A DNA stretch of 36,824 nucleotides from a virus (taxonomy: Duplodnaviria > Heunggongvirae > Uroviricota > Caudoviricetes). The position numbers and the translations under genes are program-made. The notes under the pieces were generated by a model, which saw nothing but the letters and a program-made list of their open reading frames with translations, made no database searches and was not told where the DNA came from. The stretch is from the IMG/VR virus record IMGVR_UViG_2585427781_000006; one strand, 5' to 3'. Below are positions 26,823-36,824 of the stretch, piece by piece; position 1 is the stretch's first letter; each line of letters starts with the position of its first letter.

Positions 26823-27995
26823 ATGGCTCAGGATTACCACCACGGGGTGCGCGTTGTTGAAGTCAACGAAGGCACCCGATCTATTACCACGGTGAGCACC
26901 GCCATCGTGGGTATGGTCTGCACGGGCGATGATGCCGATGCAAAAATGTTTCCTCTTAATAAACCCGTGCTGATCACTGATGTGCTGACTGCCAGCGGTA
27001 AAGCGGGTGAGTCCGGTACTCTGGCCCGTTCGCTGGATGCCATCGCTGACCAGGCAAAACCCGTGACCATTGTTGTGCGTGTGCCGCAGGGTGAAACGGA
27101 AGACGAAACCACGACCAATATCATCGGCGCAGTGACTGCAGAAGGTAAAAAAACAGGCATGAAAGCCCTGTTATCTGCCCAGTCACAGCTCGGCGTTAAA
27201 CCGCGCATTCTCGGCGTGCCAGGCCACGACACCAAGGCGGTAGCTACTGAGTTGCTGAGCGTGGCGCAAAGCCTGCGTGGATTTGCTTACCTGTCAGCGT
27301 ATGGCTGCAAGACAGTGCAGGAGGCGATCACTTACCGCGAAAACTTCAGCCAGCGCGAAGGGATGCTGATCTGGCCTGACTTTACTGGCTGGGACACGGT
27401 GCTGAATGCCGAAGCAACGGCATATGCCACCGCCCGTGCGCTTGGTCTGCGCGCCAAAATTGACGAGCAGACCGGATGGCACAAAAGCCTGTCCAACGTG
27501 GGCGTGAACGGTGTCACCGGAATTTCTGCAGATGTGTTCTGGGATCTGCAGGACCCGGCAACCGATGCAGGTCTGCTGAACCAGAACGACGTCACCACGC
27601 TTGTGCGTAAAGACGGTTTCCGCTTCTGGGGTTCCCGCTGCCTGAGTGATGACCCGCTCTTTGCCTTCGAAAACTACACCCGCACGGCGCAGGTGCTGAT
27701 GGACACGATGGCAGAAGCACACATGTGGGCGGTGGATAAACCGCTTAACCCGTCGCTGGCCCGCGACATTATCGAAGGTATCCGCGCCAAAATGCGCAGC
27801 CTGGTCAGTCAGGGCTATCTCATTGGTGGTGATTGCTGGCTGGATGAGTCGGTGAACGACAAAGACACGCTGAAAGCCGGAAAACTCACCATCGACTACG
27901 ACTACACGCCAGTGCCGCCACTTGAAAACCTGATGCTGCGTCAGCGCATCACCGATCAGTACCTGGTGAATTTCGCCAGCCAGGTCAGCGCGTAA
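26823..27995 (+). CDS. FI: Tail sheath protein gpFI
   Basis: 390 aa, size and position as P2 FI. Confidence 0.9.
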   Translation: MAQDYHHGVRVVEVNEGTRSITTVSTAIVGMVCTGDDADAKMFPLNKPVLITDVLTASGKAGESGTLARSLDAIADQAKPVTIVVRVPQGETEDETTTNIIGAVTAEGKKTGMKALLSAQSQLGVKPRILGVPGHDTKAVATELLSVAQSLRGFAYLSAYGCKTVQEAITYRENFSQREGMLIWPDFTGWDTVLNAEATAYATARALGLRAKIDEQTGWHKSLSNVGVNGVTGISADVFWDLQDPATDAGLLNQNDVTTLVRKDGFRFWGSRCLSDDPLFAFENYTRTAQVLMDTMAEAHMWAVDKPLNPSLARDIIEGIRAKMRSLVSQGYLIGGDCWLDESVNDKDTLKAGKLTIDYDYTPVPPLENLMLRQRITDQYLVNFASQVSA

Positions 27996-28004
27996 GGGGA
28001 CAAC

Positions 28005-28520
28005 ATGGCTTTACCACGCAAATTAAAACACCTGAACCTATTTAACGACGGGAACAACTGGCAGGGGATCGTTGAGTCGCTGACGCTGCCGAAATTTACC
28101 CGCAAATATGAGAAGTATCGCGGCGGCGGAATGCCGGGTGCGGTGGATGTGGATCTGGGGCTTGATGACAGTGCGCTGGACACAGAATTTTCCATTGGTG
28201 GTACTGAATTGCTGCTGTTTAAACAGATGGGTAAAGCCACGGTGGATGGCATCCAGCTGCGCTTTACCGGCTCTATTCAGCGTGACGATACCGGGGAAGT
28301 GCAGGCCGTGGAGCTTGTCGTGCGTGGACGTCACAAAGAAGTGGATTCCGGCGAGTGGAAGACGGGCGAAAGCAACACCACCAAAGTGACCAGTACCAAC
28401 AGCTACGCGAAGCTGACCATCAATGGTGAGGTGCTCTATGAAGTGGACCTTATCAACATGGTGGAAATTGTGGACGGTGTGGACCTGATGGAAGCGCACC
28501 GCAACGCCCTCGGCCTCTGA
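28005..28520 (+). CDS. FII: Tail tube protein gpFII
   Basis: 171 aa, follows the sheath gene. Confidence 0.88.
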   Translation: MALPRKLKHLNLFNDGNNWQGIVESLTLPKFTRKYEKYRGGGMPGAVDVDLGLDDSALDTEFSIGGTELLLFKQMGKATVDGIQLRFTGSIQRDDTGEVQAVELVVRGRHKEVDSGEWKTGESNTTKVTSTNSYAKLTINGEVLYEVDLINMVEIVDGVDLMEAHRNALGL

Positions 28521-28574
28521 TATATCTGAACGGCGCGGGATACCGCGCCAGAACCCAATTGACAGGACAGCAAA

Positions 28575-28877
28575 ATGAGCGATAAGCAGACTGAAAAGAC
28601 CATTCAACTGGATACCCCCATCAAGCGCGGTAAAACAGAAATCACCGAAATTGTGCTGCGTAAACCGCAGTCCGGTGCGCTGCGCGGTATACGCCTGCAG
28701 GCCATTATGGATATGGATGTAAACGCGATGATGATCGTGATCCCCCGCATCTCCAGTCCGGCACTGACTGCACAGGAAATTGCAGAGATGGACCCGGCAG
28801 ATCTCACTGCCATGTCGGTTGAGGTTGTCACTTTTTTGTTGAAGAAGTCGGTGCTTGCCGGTTTACCGACAGCCTGA
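28575..28877 (+). CDS. E: Tail assembly chaperone gpE
   Basis: 100 aa, upstream of the tape measure gene; contains the slippery heptamer near its 3' end. Confidence 0.82.
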   Translation: MSDKQTEKTIQLDTPIKRGKTEITEIVLRKPQSGALRGIRLQAIMDMDVNAMMIVIPRISSPALTAQEIAEMDPADLTAMSVEVVTFLLKKSVLAGLPTA

Positions 28878-29011
28878 CGGTTGACGATCTGGTGGCAGAT
28901 ATCGCCACCATTTTTCACTGGCCGCCATCCGTTACTGACGTTATGCCGCTGACCGAAGTGCTGGAATGGCGGTATAAAGCGATTCAGAGAAGCGGGGCCA
29001 ACGATGAGTGA
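28575..29011 (+). CDS. gpE+E' fusion produced by programmed -1 ribosomal frameshift
   Basis: Slippery heptamer T_TTT_TTG at 28832..28838 in the E frame. The -1 frame is open from 28838 to TGA 29009..29011 and overlaps the tape measure start. Confidence 0.65.
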
Positions 29012-32000
29012 TAACAACCTGCGTCTGCAGGTCATTCTTAATGCGGTTGACAAGCTCACCCGCCCATTTCGATCTGCGCAGGCCAGTTCAAGAGAACTGG
29101 CTGCTGCTGTCAAAAAATCCCGCGATGCAATAAAGCAGCTTGATCAGGCCGGGAGCAGTCTGGACAGCTTCCGAAAGCTGCAGGCAGAAAATCAGAAATT
29201 AGGCGACAGGCTGAACTATGCCCGCCAGCGTGCAAATTTGCTCAGTCAGGAACTGGGAGCGATGGGGCCGCCTTCGCAACGTCAGGTTGTTGCTCTGGGC
29301 CGTCAACGGCTGGCTGTTCAGCGCCTGGAAGAACGCCAGAAAAAGCTGCAGCAGCAGACGGCGCTTGTGCGTGCTGAACTGTACCGGGCGGGAATTTCTG
29401 CGAAAGACGATGCGGGAGCAACTGCCCGTTTAGCCCGTGAAACATCACGTTATAACCAGGAACTTTCGAAACAGGAGGCGCGGCTGAAGCGACTGGGGGA
29501 AGCTCAGCGCAGGATGAATGCAGCGCGTGCCAGTTATGCCCGTTCGCTGGAGGTGCGTGATCGTATTGCAGGTGCCGGAGCCACCACCACGGCTGCAGGG
29601 CTGGCAATGGGCGCACCAGTGATGGCGGCAGTAAAAAGCTATACCAGCATGGAAGATGCCATGAAAGGTGTGGCAAAGCAGGTCAATGGTCTGCGTGACG
29701 ATAATGGCAACCGCACTGCACGTTTTTATGAAATGCAGGATGCCATCAAGGCTGCCAGCGAACAGTTGCCAATGGAAAACGGTGCGGTGGATTTCGCTGC
29801 ACTGGTTGAAGGTGGTGCGCGCATGAACGTCGCAAACCCTGACGACAGTTGGGAAGATCAGAAACGTGACCTGCTGGCCTTCGCCAGTACGGCAGCAAAG
29901 GCGGCAACAGCCTTTGAGCTGCCAGCGGATGAACTGTCAGAAAGTCTGGGGAAAATCGCCCAGCTCTACAAAATCCCCACCCGCAATATTGAACAGCTCG
30001 GTGATGCGCTGAACTATCTGGATGATAACGCCATGTCGAAAGGGGCAGACATCATTGATGTGATGCAACGTCTGGGCGGTGTGGCTGACCGTCTGGATTA
30101 TCGTAAAGCGGCGGCGCTGGGTTCCACCTTCCTGACACTGGGCGCTGCGCCAGAGGTTGCAGCCAGTGCAGCAAACGCGATGGTGCGTGAATTGTCCATT
30201 GCCACCATGCAAAGCAAAAGTTTCTTTGAAGGGATGAATCTGCTGAAACTCAATCCTGAAGTGATTGAAAAGCAGATGACGAAGGATGCGATGGGAACCA
30301 TCCAGCGCGTGCTAGAGAAGGTAAACGCGCTGCCGCAGGACAAGCGCCTGTCTGCCATGACTATGTTGTTTGGTAAAGAGTTTGGCGATGACGCGGCGAA
30401 ACTGGCAAACAACCTGCCGGAACTGCAGCGTCAGTTAAAACTGACAGCGGGCAATGATGCGCTCGGCTCCATGCAGAAAGAATCCGACATTAACAAGGAT
30501 TCACTTTCTGCGCAGTGGTTGCTGGTCAAAACCGGAGCGCAGAACACCTTCAGCAGCCTGGGCGAAACGCTGCGCCAGCCGCTGATGGATATTCTGTACA
30601 CGGTGAAAAGCGTCACGGGAGCGTTGCGTCGCTGGGTGGAAGCTAACCCGGAACTGACAGGCACACTGATGAAAGCATCGGCTGTTGTGGCTGCGGTTAC
30701 CGTCGGCCTCGGCACCTTAGCGGTGGCGCTGGCTGCAGTGCTGGGGCCGTTGGCAGTGATCCGTCTGGGATTCTCTGTGCTGGGTATCAAAACGTTATCT
30801 TCCGTTACGGCAGCAGTAACTCGAACCAGCAGCGCGTTGTCCTGGCTGGCTGGCGCACCACTGGCACTGCTGCGACGCGGGCTTGCTTCATCGGGCAACG
30901 CCGCAGGTTTACTTACTGCGCCGTTGTCGTCTTTGCGCCGCACGGCATCACTGACGGGAAATGTCCTGAAAACTGTAGCAGGTGCGCCGGTTGCACTTTT
31001 GCGGTCTGGATTATCCGGTTTACGTGCTGTTGCTGTGATGTTTATGAATCCTCTGGCGGTACTGCGCGGTGGACTGGCCGCCGCAGGCACAGTGCTGCGA
31101 GTACTGGCATCTGGTCCACTGGCGATGCTGCGCGTTGCCCTGTATGCCATATCTGGTCTGTTAGGTGCTCTGCTCAGTCCGATAGGTCTTGTGGTTACTG
31201 CACTGGCGGGCGTGGCGCTGGTTGTCTGGAAATACTGGCAACCCATCACCGCATTTCTCGGTGGCGTGGTGGAAGGATTCAAAGCGGCGGCAGGTCCCAT
31301 CAGTGCAGCGTTCGAACCGCTTAAGCCCGTGTTCCAGTGGATTGGCGACAAAGTGCAGGCGCTGTGGGGCTGGTTTACTGATCTGCTGACGCCCGTTAAG
31401 TCGACCTCTGCCGAACTGCAGAGCGCAGCGGCAATGGGGCGGCGATTCGGGGAGGCACTGGCGGAAGGGCTGAATATGGTCATGCATCCGCTGGACTCCC
31501 TGAAATCCGGCGTTTCCTGGTTGCTGGAGAAGCTCGGCATTGTCAGTAAAGAGGCCGCAAAGGCAAAACTGCCGGAAAGCGTGACGCGTCAGCAACCTGC
31601 GACGGTGAATGCAGACGGTAAAGTGATGATGCCATCGGGTGGTTTTCCATCATGGGGATATGGCTTTGCGGGGATGTATGACAGCGGCGGGTATATCCCG
31701 CGCGGGCAGTTTGGCATCGTCGGTGAAAACGGGCCGGAAATTGTTAACGGCCCGGCAAATGTGACCAGCCGGAGAAATACAGCTGCACTGGCTGCCGTTG
31801 TTGCCGGAATGATGGGCGTTGCTGCCGCGCCAGCAGAGCTTCCACCGTTGCACCCTTTGGCACTTCCCGCGAAAGGTGGAGAAGCAATTGTGAGTCGCGC
31901 AGCCACTGTGCCGCTCGTTCAACGGATTGAGGCACCGACGCAGATCATCATTCAGACGCAGCCAGGACAAAGTGCGCAGGATATTGCGCGGGAGGTGGCA

Positions 32001-32081
32001 CGCCAGCTTGATGAACGTGAACGCAGGCTGAAGGCAAAAGCCAGGAGTAACTACAGCGATCAGGGGGGATACGACGCATGA
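29004..32081 (+). CDS. T: Tail tape measure protein gpT
   Basis: 1025 aa, Ala/Gly/Leu-rich central hydrophobic repeats, position after E/E'. Confidence 0.9.
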   Translation: MSDNNLRLQVILNAVDKLTRPFRSAQASSRELAAAVKKSRDAIKQLDQAGSSLDSFRKLQAENQKLGDRLNYARQRANLLSQELGAMGPPSQRQVVALGRQRLAVQRLEERQKKLQQQTALVRAELYRAGISAKDDAGATARLARETSRYNQELSKQEARLKRLGEAQRRMNAARASYARSLEVRDRIAGAGATTTAAGLAMGAPVMAAVKSYTSMEDAMKGVAKQVNGLRDDNGNRTARFYEMQDAIKAASEQLPMENGAVDFAALVEGGARMNVANPDDSWEDQKRDLLAFASTAAKAATAFELPADELSESLGKIAQLYKIPTRNIEQLGDALNYLDDNAMSKGADIIDVMQRLGGVADRLDYRKAAALGSTFLTLGAAPEVAASAANAMVRELSIATMQSKSFFEGMNLLKLNPEVIEKQMTKDAMGTIQRVLEKVNALPQDKRLSAMTMLFGKEFGDDAAKLANNLPELQRQLKLTAGNDALGSMQKESDINKDSLSAQWLLVKTGAQNTFSSLGETLRQPLMDILYTVKSVTGALRRWVEANPELTGTLMKASAVVAAVTVGLGTLAVALAAVLGPLAVIRLGFSVLGIKTLSSVTAAVTRTSSALSWLAGAPLALLRRGLASSGNAAGLLTAPLSSLRRTASLTGNVLKTVAGAPVALLRSGLSGLRAVAVMFMNPLAVLRGGLAAAGTVLRVLASGPLAMLRVALYAISGLLGALLSPIGLVVTALAGVALVVWKYWQPITAFLGGVVEGFKAAAGPISAAFEPLKPVFQWIGDKVQALWGWFTDLLTPVKSTSAELQSAAAMGRRFGEALAEGLNMVMHPLDSLKSGVSWLLEKLGIVSKEAAKAKLPESVTRQQPATVNADGKVMMPSGGFPSWGYGFAGMYDSGGYIPRGQFGIVGENGPEIVNGPANVTSRRNTAALAAVVAGMMGVAAAPAELPPLHPLALPAKGGEAIVSRAATVPLVQRIEAPTQIIIQTQPGQSAQDIAREVARQLDERERRLKAKARSNYSDQGGYDA

Positions 32082-32563
32082 TGATGGTGCTGGGATTGTA
32101 CGTGTTTATGCTGCGCACCGTGCCGTATCAGGAACTGCAGTATCAACGCAGCTGGCGACATGCGGCAAACAGTCGGGTAAACCGACGTCCGTCCACGCAG
32201 TTTCTGGGACCGGAAAACGACATGCTGACGCTTTCCGGTGTTCTTATGCCGGAGATAACAGGCGGCAGGCTGTCGTTGCTGGCACTGGAGCAGATGGCAG
32301 AACAGGGGAAAGCATGGCCCCTGATTGAAGGCAGCGGCACGATTTACGGTATGTATGTGATTGAGGGACTGAATCAGACTAAAACGGAGTTTTTCCGCGA
32401 CGGTATGCCGCGCCGGATTGAGTTCACCCTGTCGCTCAAACGAGTGGATGAATCCCTGTCCGATATGTTCGGTGATCTCAGTGCGCAACTGAATAATCTG
32501 CAGGACACGGCAACGTCTGCCTTAAGCGATATCAGTAAAACGGTGGGAGGGCTGCTGTGGTGA
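32078..32563 (+). CDS. U: Tail protein gpU
   Basis: 161 aa, overlapping the T stop; size as P2 U. Confidence 0.85.
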   Translation: MMMVLGLYVFMLRTVPYQELQYQRSWRHAANSRVNRRPSTQFLGPENDMLTLSGVLMPEITGGRLSLLALEQMAEQGKAWPLIEGSGTIYGMYVIEGLNQTKTEFFRDGMPRRIEFTLSLKRVDESLSDMFGDLSAQLNNLQDTATSALSDISKTVGGLLW

Positions 32564-33660
32564 ATTTCAGCTCTGAACTGCTTAACAAAGGCAACAAAAC
32601 TCCCGCATTCAGCATCAGTATTGAGGGCAGGGATATCACCACTGTGCTGGATAACCGCCTGATGAGTTTGACGCTGACGGATAACCGGGGCTTTGAAGCG
32701 GACCAGCTTGATCTGGAGCTGGATGACGCTGACGGAAAAATCGTGCTGCCGCGCCGTGGTGCGGTCATTACGCTGGCGCTGGGCTGGAAGGGGCAGCCGC
32801 TTTTCCCGAAAGGGGCATTCACAGTGGACGAGATTGAACACACTGGCGCACCGGACCGCCTGACTATCCGGGCGCGAAGTGCTGATTTTCGGGAAACGCT
32901 GAATACCCGCCGTGAAAAATCGTGGCATAAGACCACCGTCGGGGAAGTGGTGCAGGAAATTGCCGCGCGGCACAAGCTGAAGATGGCACTGGGTAAAGAC
33001 CTGTCGGATAAGCCCGTGGAGCATATAGACCAGACTAATGAGAGTGACGGCAGTTTTCTGATGCGGCTGGCGAGACAGTACGGTGCCATCGCGTCGGTGA
33101 AAAATGACAATCTGTTATTCATCCAGCAGGGGCAGGGCAAAAGCGCCACTGGTAAACCTCTGCCAGTGATCACTATCACACGCAAGGACGGCGACAGTCA
33201 CCGATTTACCCTGGCAGATCGCGGAGCCTACACGGGCGTAATTGCCAGCTGGTTGCATACCCGCGAACCTGCGAAGAAAGAAAGCACCACGGTGAAGCGT
33301 AAGCGCAGAACTAAGAAGCAGAAGAAAGAGCCAGAAGCGAAGCAGGGCGATTACCTGGTGGGTACGGATGAAAACGTGCTGGTACTTAATCGCACCTATG
33401 CCAACCGGAGCAACGCCGAACGAGCGGCGAAAATGCAGTGGGAACGCCTGCAACGCGGCGTTGCGTCATTTTCTCTACAACTGGCAGAAGGGCGGGCAGA
33501 TCTCTACACGGAAATGTCTGTGAAGGTCAGTGGTTTTAAACAGCCGATAGATGATGCGGAATGGACCATTACCACCCTGACACATACCGTCAGCCCGGAT
33601 AACGGTTTTACGACCAGTCTGGAGCTTGAAGTGAGGATTGATGATTTCGAAATGGAATGA
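32557..33660 (+). CDS. D: Tail protein gpD (late control gene D)
   Basis: 367 aa, GTG start with GGGAGGG RBS; position as P2 D. Confidence 0.88.
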   Translation: MVNFSSELLNKGNKTPAFSISIEGRDITTVLDNRLMSLTLTDNRGFEADQLDLELDDADGKIVLPRRGAVITLALGWKGQPLFPKGAFTVDEIEHTGAPDRLTIRARSADFRETLNTRREKSWHKTTVGEVVQEIAARHKLKMALGKDLSDKPVEHIDQTNESDGSFLMRLARQYGAIASVKNDNLLFIQQGQGKSATGKPLPVITITRKDGDSHRFTLADRGAYTGVIASWLHTREPAKKESTTVKRKRRTKKQKKEPEAKQGDYLVGTDENVLVLNRTYANRSNAERAAKMQWERLQRGVASFSLQLAEGRADLYTEMSVKVSGFKQPIDDAEWTITTLTHTVSPDNGFTTSLELEVRIDDFEME

Positions 33661-33750
33661 TTCTTCGCAATGGAGAACTTTTAAGTTTGCAAAATGGAAT
33701 AATACGGTATCATTGTTGTGAATTTAGCAAAAATGGGGAGAACTCGAAAA

Positions 33751-33969
33751 ATGATGATTTGCCCACTGTGTGGAAGTGCCGCCCATACTCGCAGCAGTTT
33801 TCAGGTATCTTCATTGACCAAAGAGCGTTATAACCAGTGCCAGAACATTAACTGCAGCCATACTTTTGTTACCCATGAAACTTTTGTTCGTTCGATTGCA
33901 ACACCAAAAGAGTCGAATCCAGTTCAGCCGCATCCAATGAAATCAGGACAGGTGGCGCTCTCTCTTTGA
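33751..33969 (+). CDS. ogr: Ogr/Delta-family zinc-finger late gene activator
   Basis: MMICPLCGSAAHTRSS ... ERYNQCQNINCSHTF, four-Cys zinc finger collinear with P2 Ogr as recalled. Start at ATG 33751 with GGGGAG RBS. Confidence 0.85.
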   Translation: MMICPLCGSAAHTRSSFQVSSLTKERYNQCQNINCSHTFVTHETFVRSIATPKESNPVQPHPMKSGQVALSL

Positions 33970-34204
33970 CGCTGCCGCCATTTTGTCGCCATCGTTAAAA
34001 AACAGTGCTTCTAACATCATGATTTTAAACATCTTAAATTTCAGGCAACAAAAAACCCATCAACCTTGAACCGAAATGGCGGGGGTGATGGGCTCCACAA
34101 AATGGGGACATCAAAGAAAAGCAGTGGCACTAATTAAGACTGATGCCCTGCGGAAAAGTTCTGCGGTTGTGCAAAAAAATTTCATTTTCAGGGCAACTTC
34201 AGTT

Positions 34205-35890
34205 TTATCCTAATCCTGGCCATACCATGACGATGATTGTCCCTGCCAGCGTCAGCAGGACGTTGGCGATTGCATAGGTGCCCGCATAGCCCAGCGCCGG
34301 GATGTTACTGCGAGCTGTATCACTGATGATCTCCATTGCCGGCGCGCAGGTACGTGCGCCCATCATTGCGCCGAACAACAGCGCGCGGTTCATTCGCAAT
34401 ACATAAGCACCGAACAAGAAACAGATAACCACGGGCACCAGACTGACAATCAATCCGGCAATCAACATCTGACCGCCAATCGCGCCCAGGCCGTTATTAA
34501 TACCGCTACCGGCGCTCAGACCAACGCCTGCCATAAACACCATCAAGCCGAACTCTTTCACCATGCTTAATGCACCCTGCGGAATGTAACCGAAGGTCGG
34601 GTGGTTAGCACGCATAAAGCCCAGCATAATTCCGGCGAATAACAACCCGGCAGCGTTCCCCATGCCGAAACTGAATGTGCTGAACTGGAAGGTGATCATC
34701 CCGATCATCAGCCCAATAACAAAGAAGGCGCAAAATGCCAGCAGGTCAGTGACCTGGCTGTGAATCGAGATAAAGCCGATGCGATCGGCGATGGTTTTTA
34801 CGCGACGGGCATCACCGCTGACTTGTAAAACGTCACCTTTGTTAAGCACGACGTTGTCATCTATCGGCATCTCAATCTGGCTACGAATGACGCGGTTAAG
34901 GAAGCAACCGTGATCGGTCAACTTCAGTTGTGCGAGACGTTTACCTACAGCGTTATGGTTTTTAACGACCACTTCTTCAGTGACGATACGCATGTCGAGA
35001 AGGTCACGATCGAAAACTTCTTTACCGTTACGGAAGCTGGGATCGAGTCGGGCATGGGCGTCGGGATAGCCTACCAACGCTATTTCATCGCCCATTTGTA
35101 GCACGGCATCACCGTCTGGATTTGCCAGAATCCCGTTACGTCGAATACGTTCAATGTAGCAGCCGGTTTGTCGATAAATACCCAGTTCACGCAGATTTTT
35201 GCCGTCGGTCCAGGCCACCAGCTCCGGGCCGACGCGATAGGCGCGGATCACCGGTAAATAAACCTTACGGTTGGCATCAGTGTCCAGGCCACGTTCGCGG
35301 GCGATTTGCTGGGCGCTGGTCTGTAAGTCCTGATGCTGCAATTTCGGCAAGTAACGCGCACCAACAATCAAACTCACCAGACCGATTAAATAGGTTAAGG
35401 CATACCCGAGGCTCAGATTATCCAGTGCCAGTGAGAGCTGCCTGCTTTCCATGCCGGAATGACGCAGTGTATCGCCAGCACCGACCAGAACCGGTGTCGA
35501 CGTCATAGAGCCTGCTAACATACCGGCCGTCAGGCCAATATCCCAGCCAAACAGCTTACCTAACCCTAAGGCGATCACCAGCGCACTGCCAACCATCACC
35601 AGTGCTAACATTAGGTAATTTTTCCCATCGCGAAAAAAAATGGAAAAAAAGTTCGGTCCGGCTTCAACCCCAACACAGAAAATAAACAGCATAAAGCCAA
35701 GATTAAGCGCATCGGTGTTAATGCTGAAATGTTGTTGGCCTAATAACAGCGATACGACTAAAACGCCAATGGAATTACCCAGTTGGATCGAACCAAGTCG
35801 TAACTTTCCGAGACATAGCCCAAGCGCGAGGACCACAAATAATAACAGAATGTAATTCCCATTTAACAATTCGGCGACGTTTATATTCAC
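34205..35890 (-). CDS. ybjL: Putative AAE-family transporter YbjL (host gene)
   Basis: 561 aa polytopic membrane protein with central soluble domains, recognised as E. coli YbjL; normal host GC content. Confidence 0.85.
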
Positions 35891-36159
35891 GGAGGCTAAC
35901 TTCTTGTTTACTAGTAAGCTGTTGAAAGAAATGGTAATTTACGATAATGTTTTTTACCAGAATTCAGGGCGCAGATTCATTCAGCGCACCTAAACGATAG
36001 TAAAGTAACAATATATTTTACTAGTGTAATCACATTAGGTATCAACGGCTATATGAATTGCGTTGGCCTATATTAGCATGGAATGCGAAGCGGCTTTATC
36101 TTACTGAACGCCACACTGGCGAAAAATGTGTTCGATAGACGCAGTGTCAGGAGGAACGA

Positions 36160-36537
36160 GTGAAACATAAACAACGTTGGGCGGGGGCAATCTGCTGTTT
36201 TGTCCTCTTCATTGTGGTGTGCCTTTTTCTGGCGACGCACATGAAAGGCGCTTTTCGGGCTGCCGGGCATCCTGAAATCGGCTTGCTATTTTTCATTCTT
36301 CCTGGAGCAGTCGCCAGCTTCTTTTCACAGCGTAGAGAAGTCCTGAAACCTCTGTTTGGCGCAATGCTGGCGGCACCCTGTTCGATGCTCATTATGCGGC
36401 TGTTTTTTTCACCGACGCGCTCATTCTGGCAAGAGCTGGCATGGTTATTAAGTGCGGTGTTCTGGTGTGCGCTGGGGGCACTGTGTTTCTTATTTATCAG
36501 TAGTTTGTTTAAACCACAGCACAGAAAAAATCAGTAA
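36160..36537 (+). CDS. ybjM: Inner membrane protein YbjM (host gene)
   Basis: 125 aa hydrophobic protein located between ybjL and grxA, as in E. coli. Confidence 0.75.
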   Translation: MKHKQRWAGAICCFVLFIVVCLFLATHMKGAFRAAGHPEIGLLFFILPGAVASFFSQRREVLKPLFGAMLAAPCSMLIMRLFFSPTRSFWQELAWLLSAVFWCALGALCFLFISSLFKPQHRKNQ

Positions 36538-36556
36538 AGCCCTCAACGCGAGGGCT
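36538..36556. terminator. Hairpin between convergent ybjM and grxA
   Basis: agccctc-aacgc-gagggct immediately after the ybjM stop. Confidence 0.4.
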
Positions 36557-36566
36557 TGTCAGACGA

Positions 36567-36824
36567 TCAGGCGTCCAGATTTTCTTTCACCCATGCAGCA
36601 AAATCGGTATAGCCGCCGATATGTTGCTGATCGACAAAAATCTGCGGCACGGTTTCTACGGGTTTACCTGCCTTTTGTTGTAGATCTTCTTTAGTGATCC
36701 CTTCCGCACGAATATCTACATAGTGATACTGAAAATCATCGTGTTCATTGCTCAATTTCTCAGCCAGATCTTTTGCACGCACACAGTAAGGGCAACCCGG
36801 ACGACCAAAAATAACGGTTTGCAT
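36567..36824 (-). CDS. grxA: Glutaredoxin 1 (host gene)
   Basis: 85 aa with CPYC active site (MQTVIFGRPGCPYCVRAK ...), complete at the window edge. Confidence 0.9.
   Translation of the reverse strand: MQTVIFGRPGCPYCVRAKDLAEKLSNEHDDFQYHYVDIRAEGITKEDLQQKAGKPVETVPQIFVDQQHIGGYTDFAAWVKENLDA

Noticed and set aside
30431-31540. 369-aa minus-strand ORF (and several others nearby) antisense to the tape measure gene
   Set aside because: Lies entirely inside the well-supported gpT frame. Low-complexity Ala/Ser/Pro-rich translation typical of antisense frames in GC-rich genes. No RBS.

Overview
The window is an almost complete P2/186-family temperate myovirus prophage (about 1..33970) followed by host chromosome (ybjL, ybjM, grxA; 34205..36824). 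Left to right: tyrosine integrase, a 186-type lysogeny switch (CI, Apl/Cox-like, CII), an early operon with stop/start-overlapping genes (TraR-like zinc finger, Dam methyltransferase, replication protein gpA), a LexA-box-controlled Tum/DinI-like module, then an AT-rich cargo region around a probable cos site (about 7.8-12.2 kb), then the full late gene set (Q, P, O, N, M, L, X, lysis cassette, R, S, V, W, J, I, H, FI, FII, E/E', T, U, D, Ogr). The cargo region holds four accessory genes. The strongest candidate for an undescribed system is an overlapping two-gene operon between cos and the portal gene: a short HipA-family Ser/Thr kinase followed by a protein that appears to combine a HipA-N-terminal-like (HipS-like) region with a C-terminal HIRAN domain. 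Two convergent orphan genes lie on the other side of cos, one with a canonical HEPN-type R-N-x3-H motif. Also read directly from the sequence: a Gin/Pin-type invertase with a ~1.5 kb invertible tail-fibre segment bounded by 22-bp inverted repeats, the E/E' -1 frameshift site, an embedded Rz1 lipoprotein gene, three TGT-N12-ACA late-promoter dyads, a perfect LexA box, and a small secreted Cys-rich peptide gene in the lysogeny operon. All protein assignments are by-eye recognition of motifs and recalled homologues; no database search was run. No tRNA, rRNA or CRISPR array was seen.
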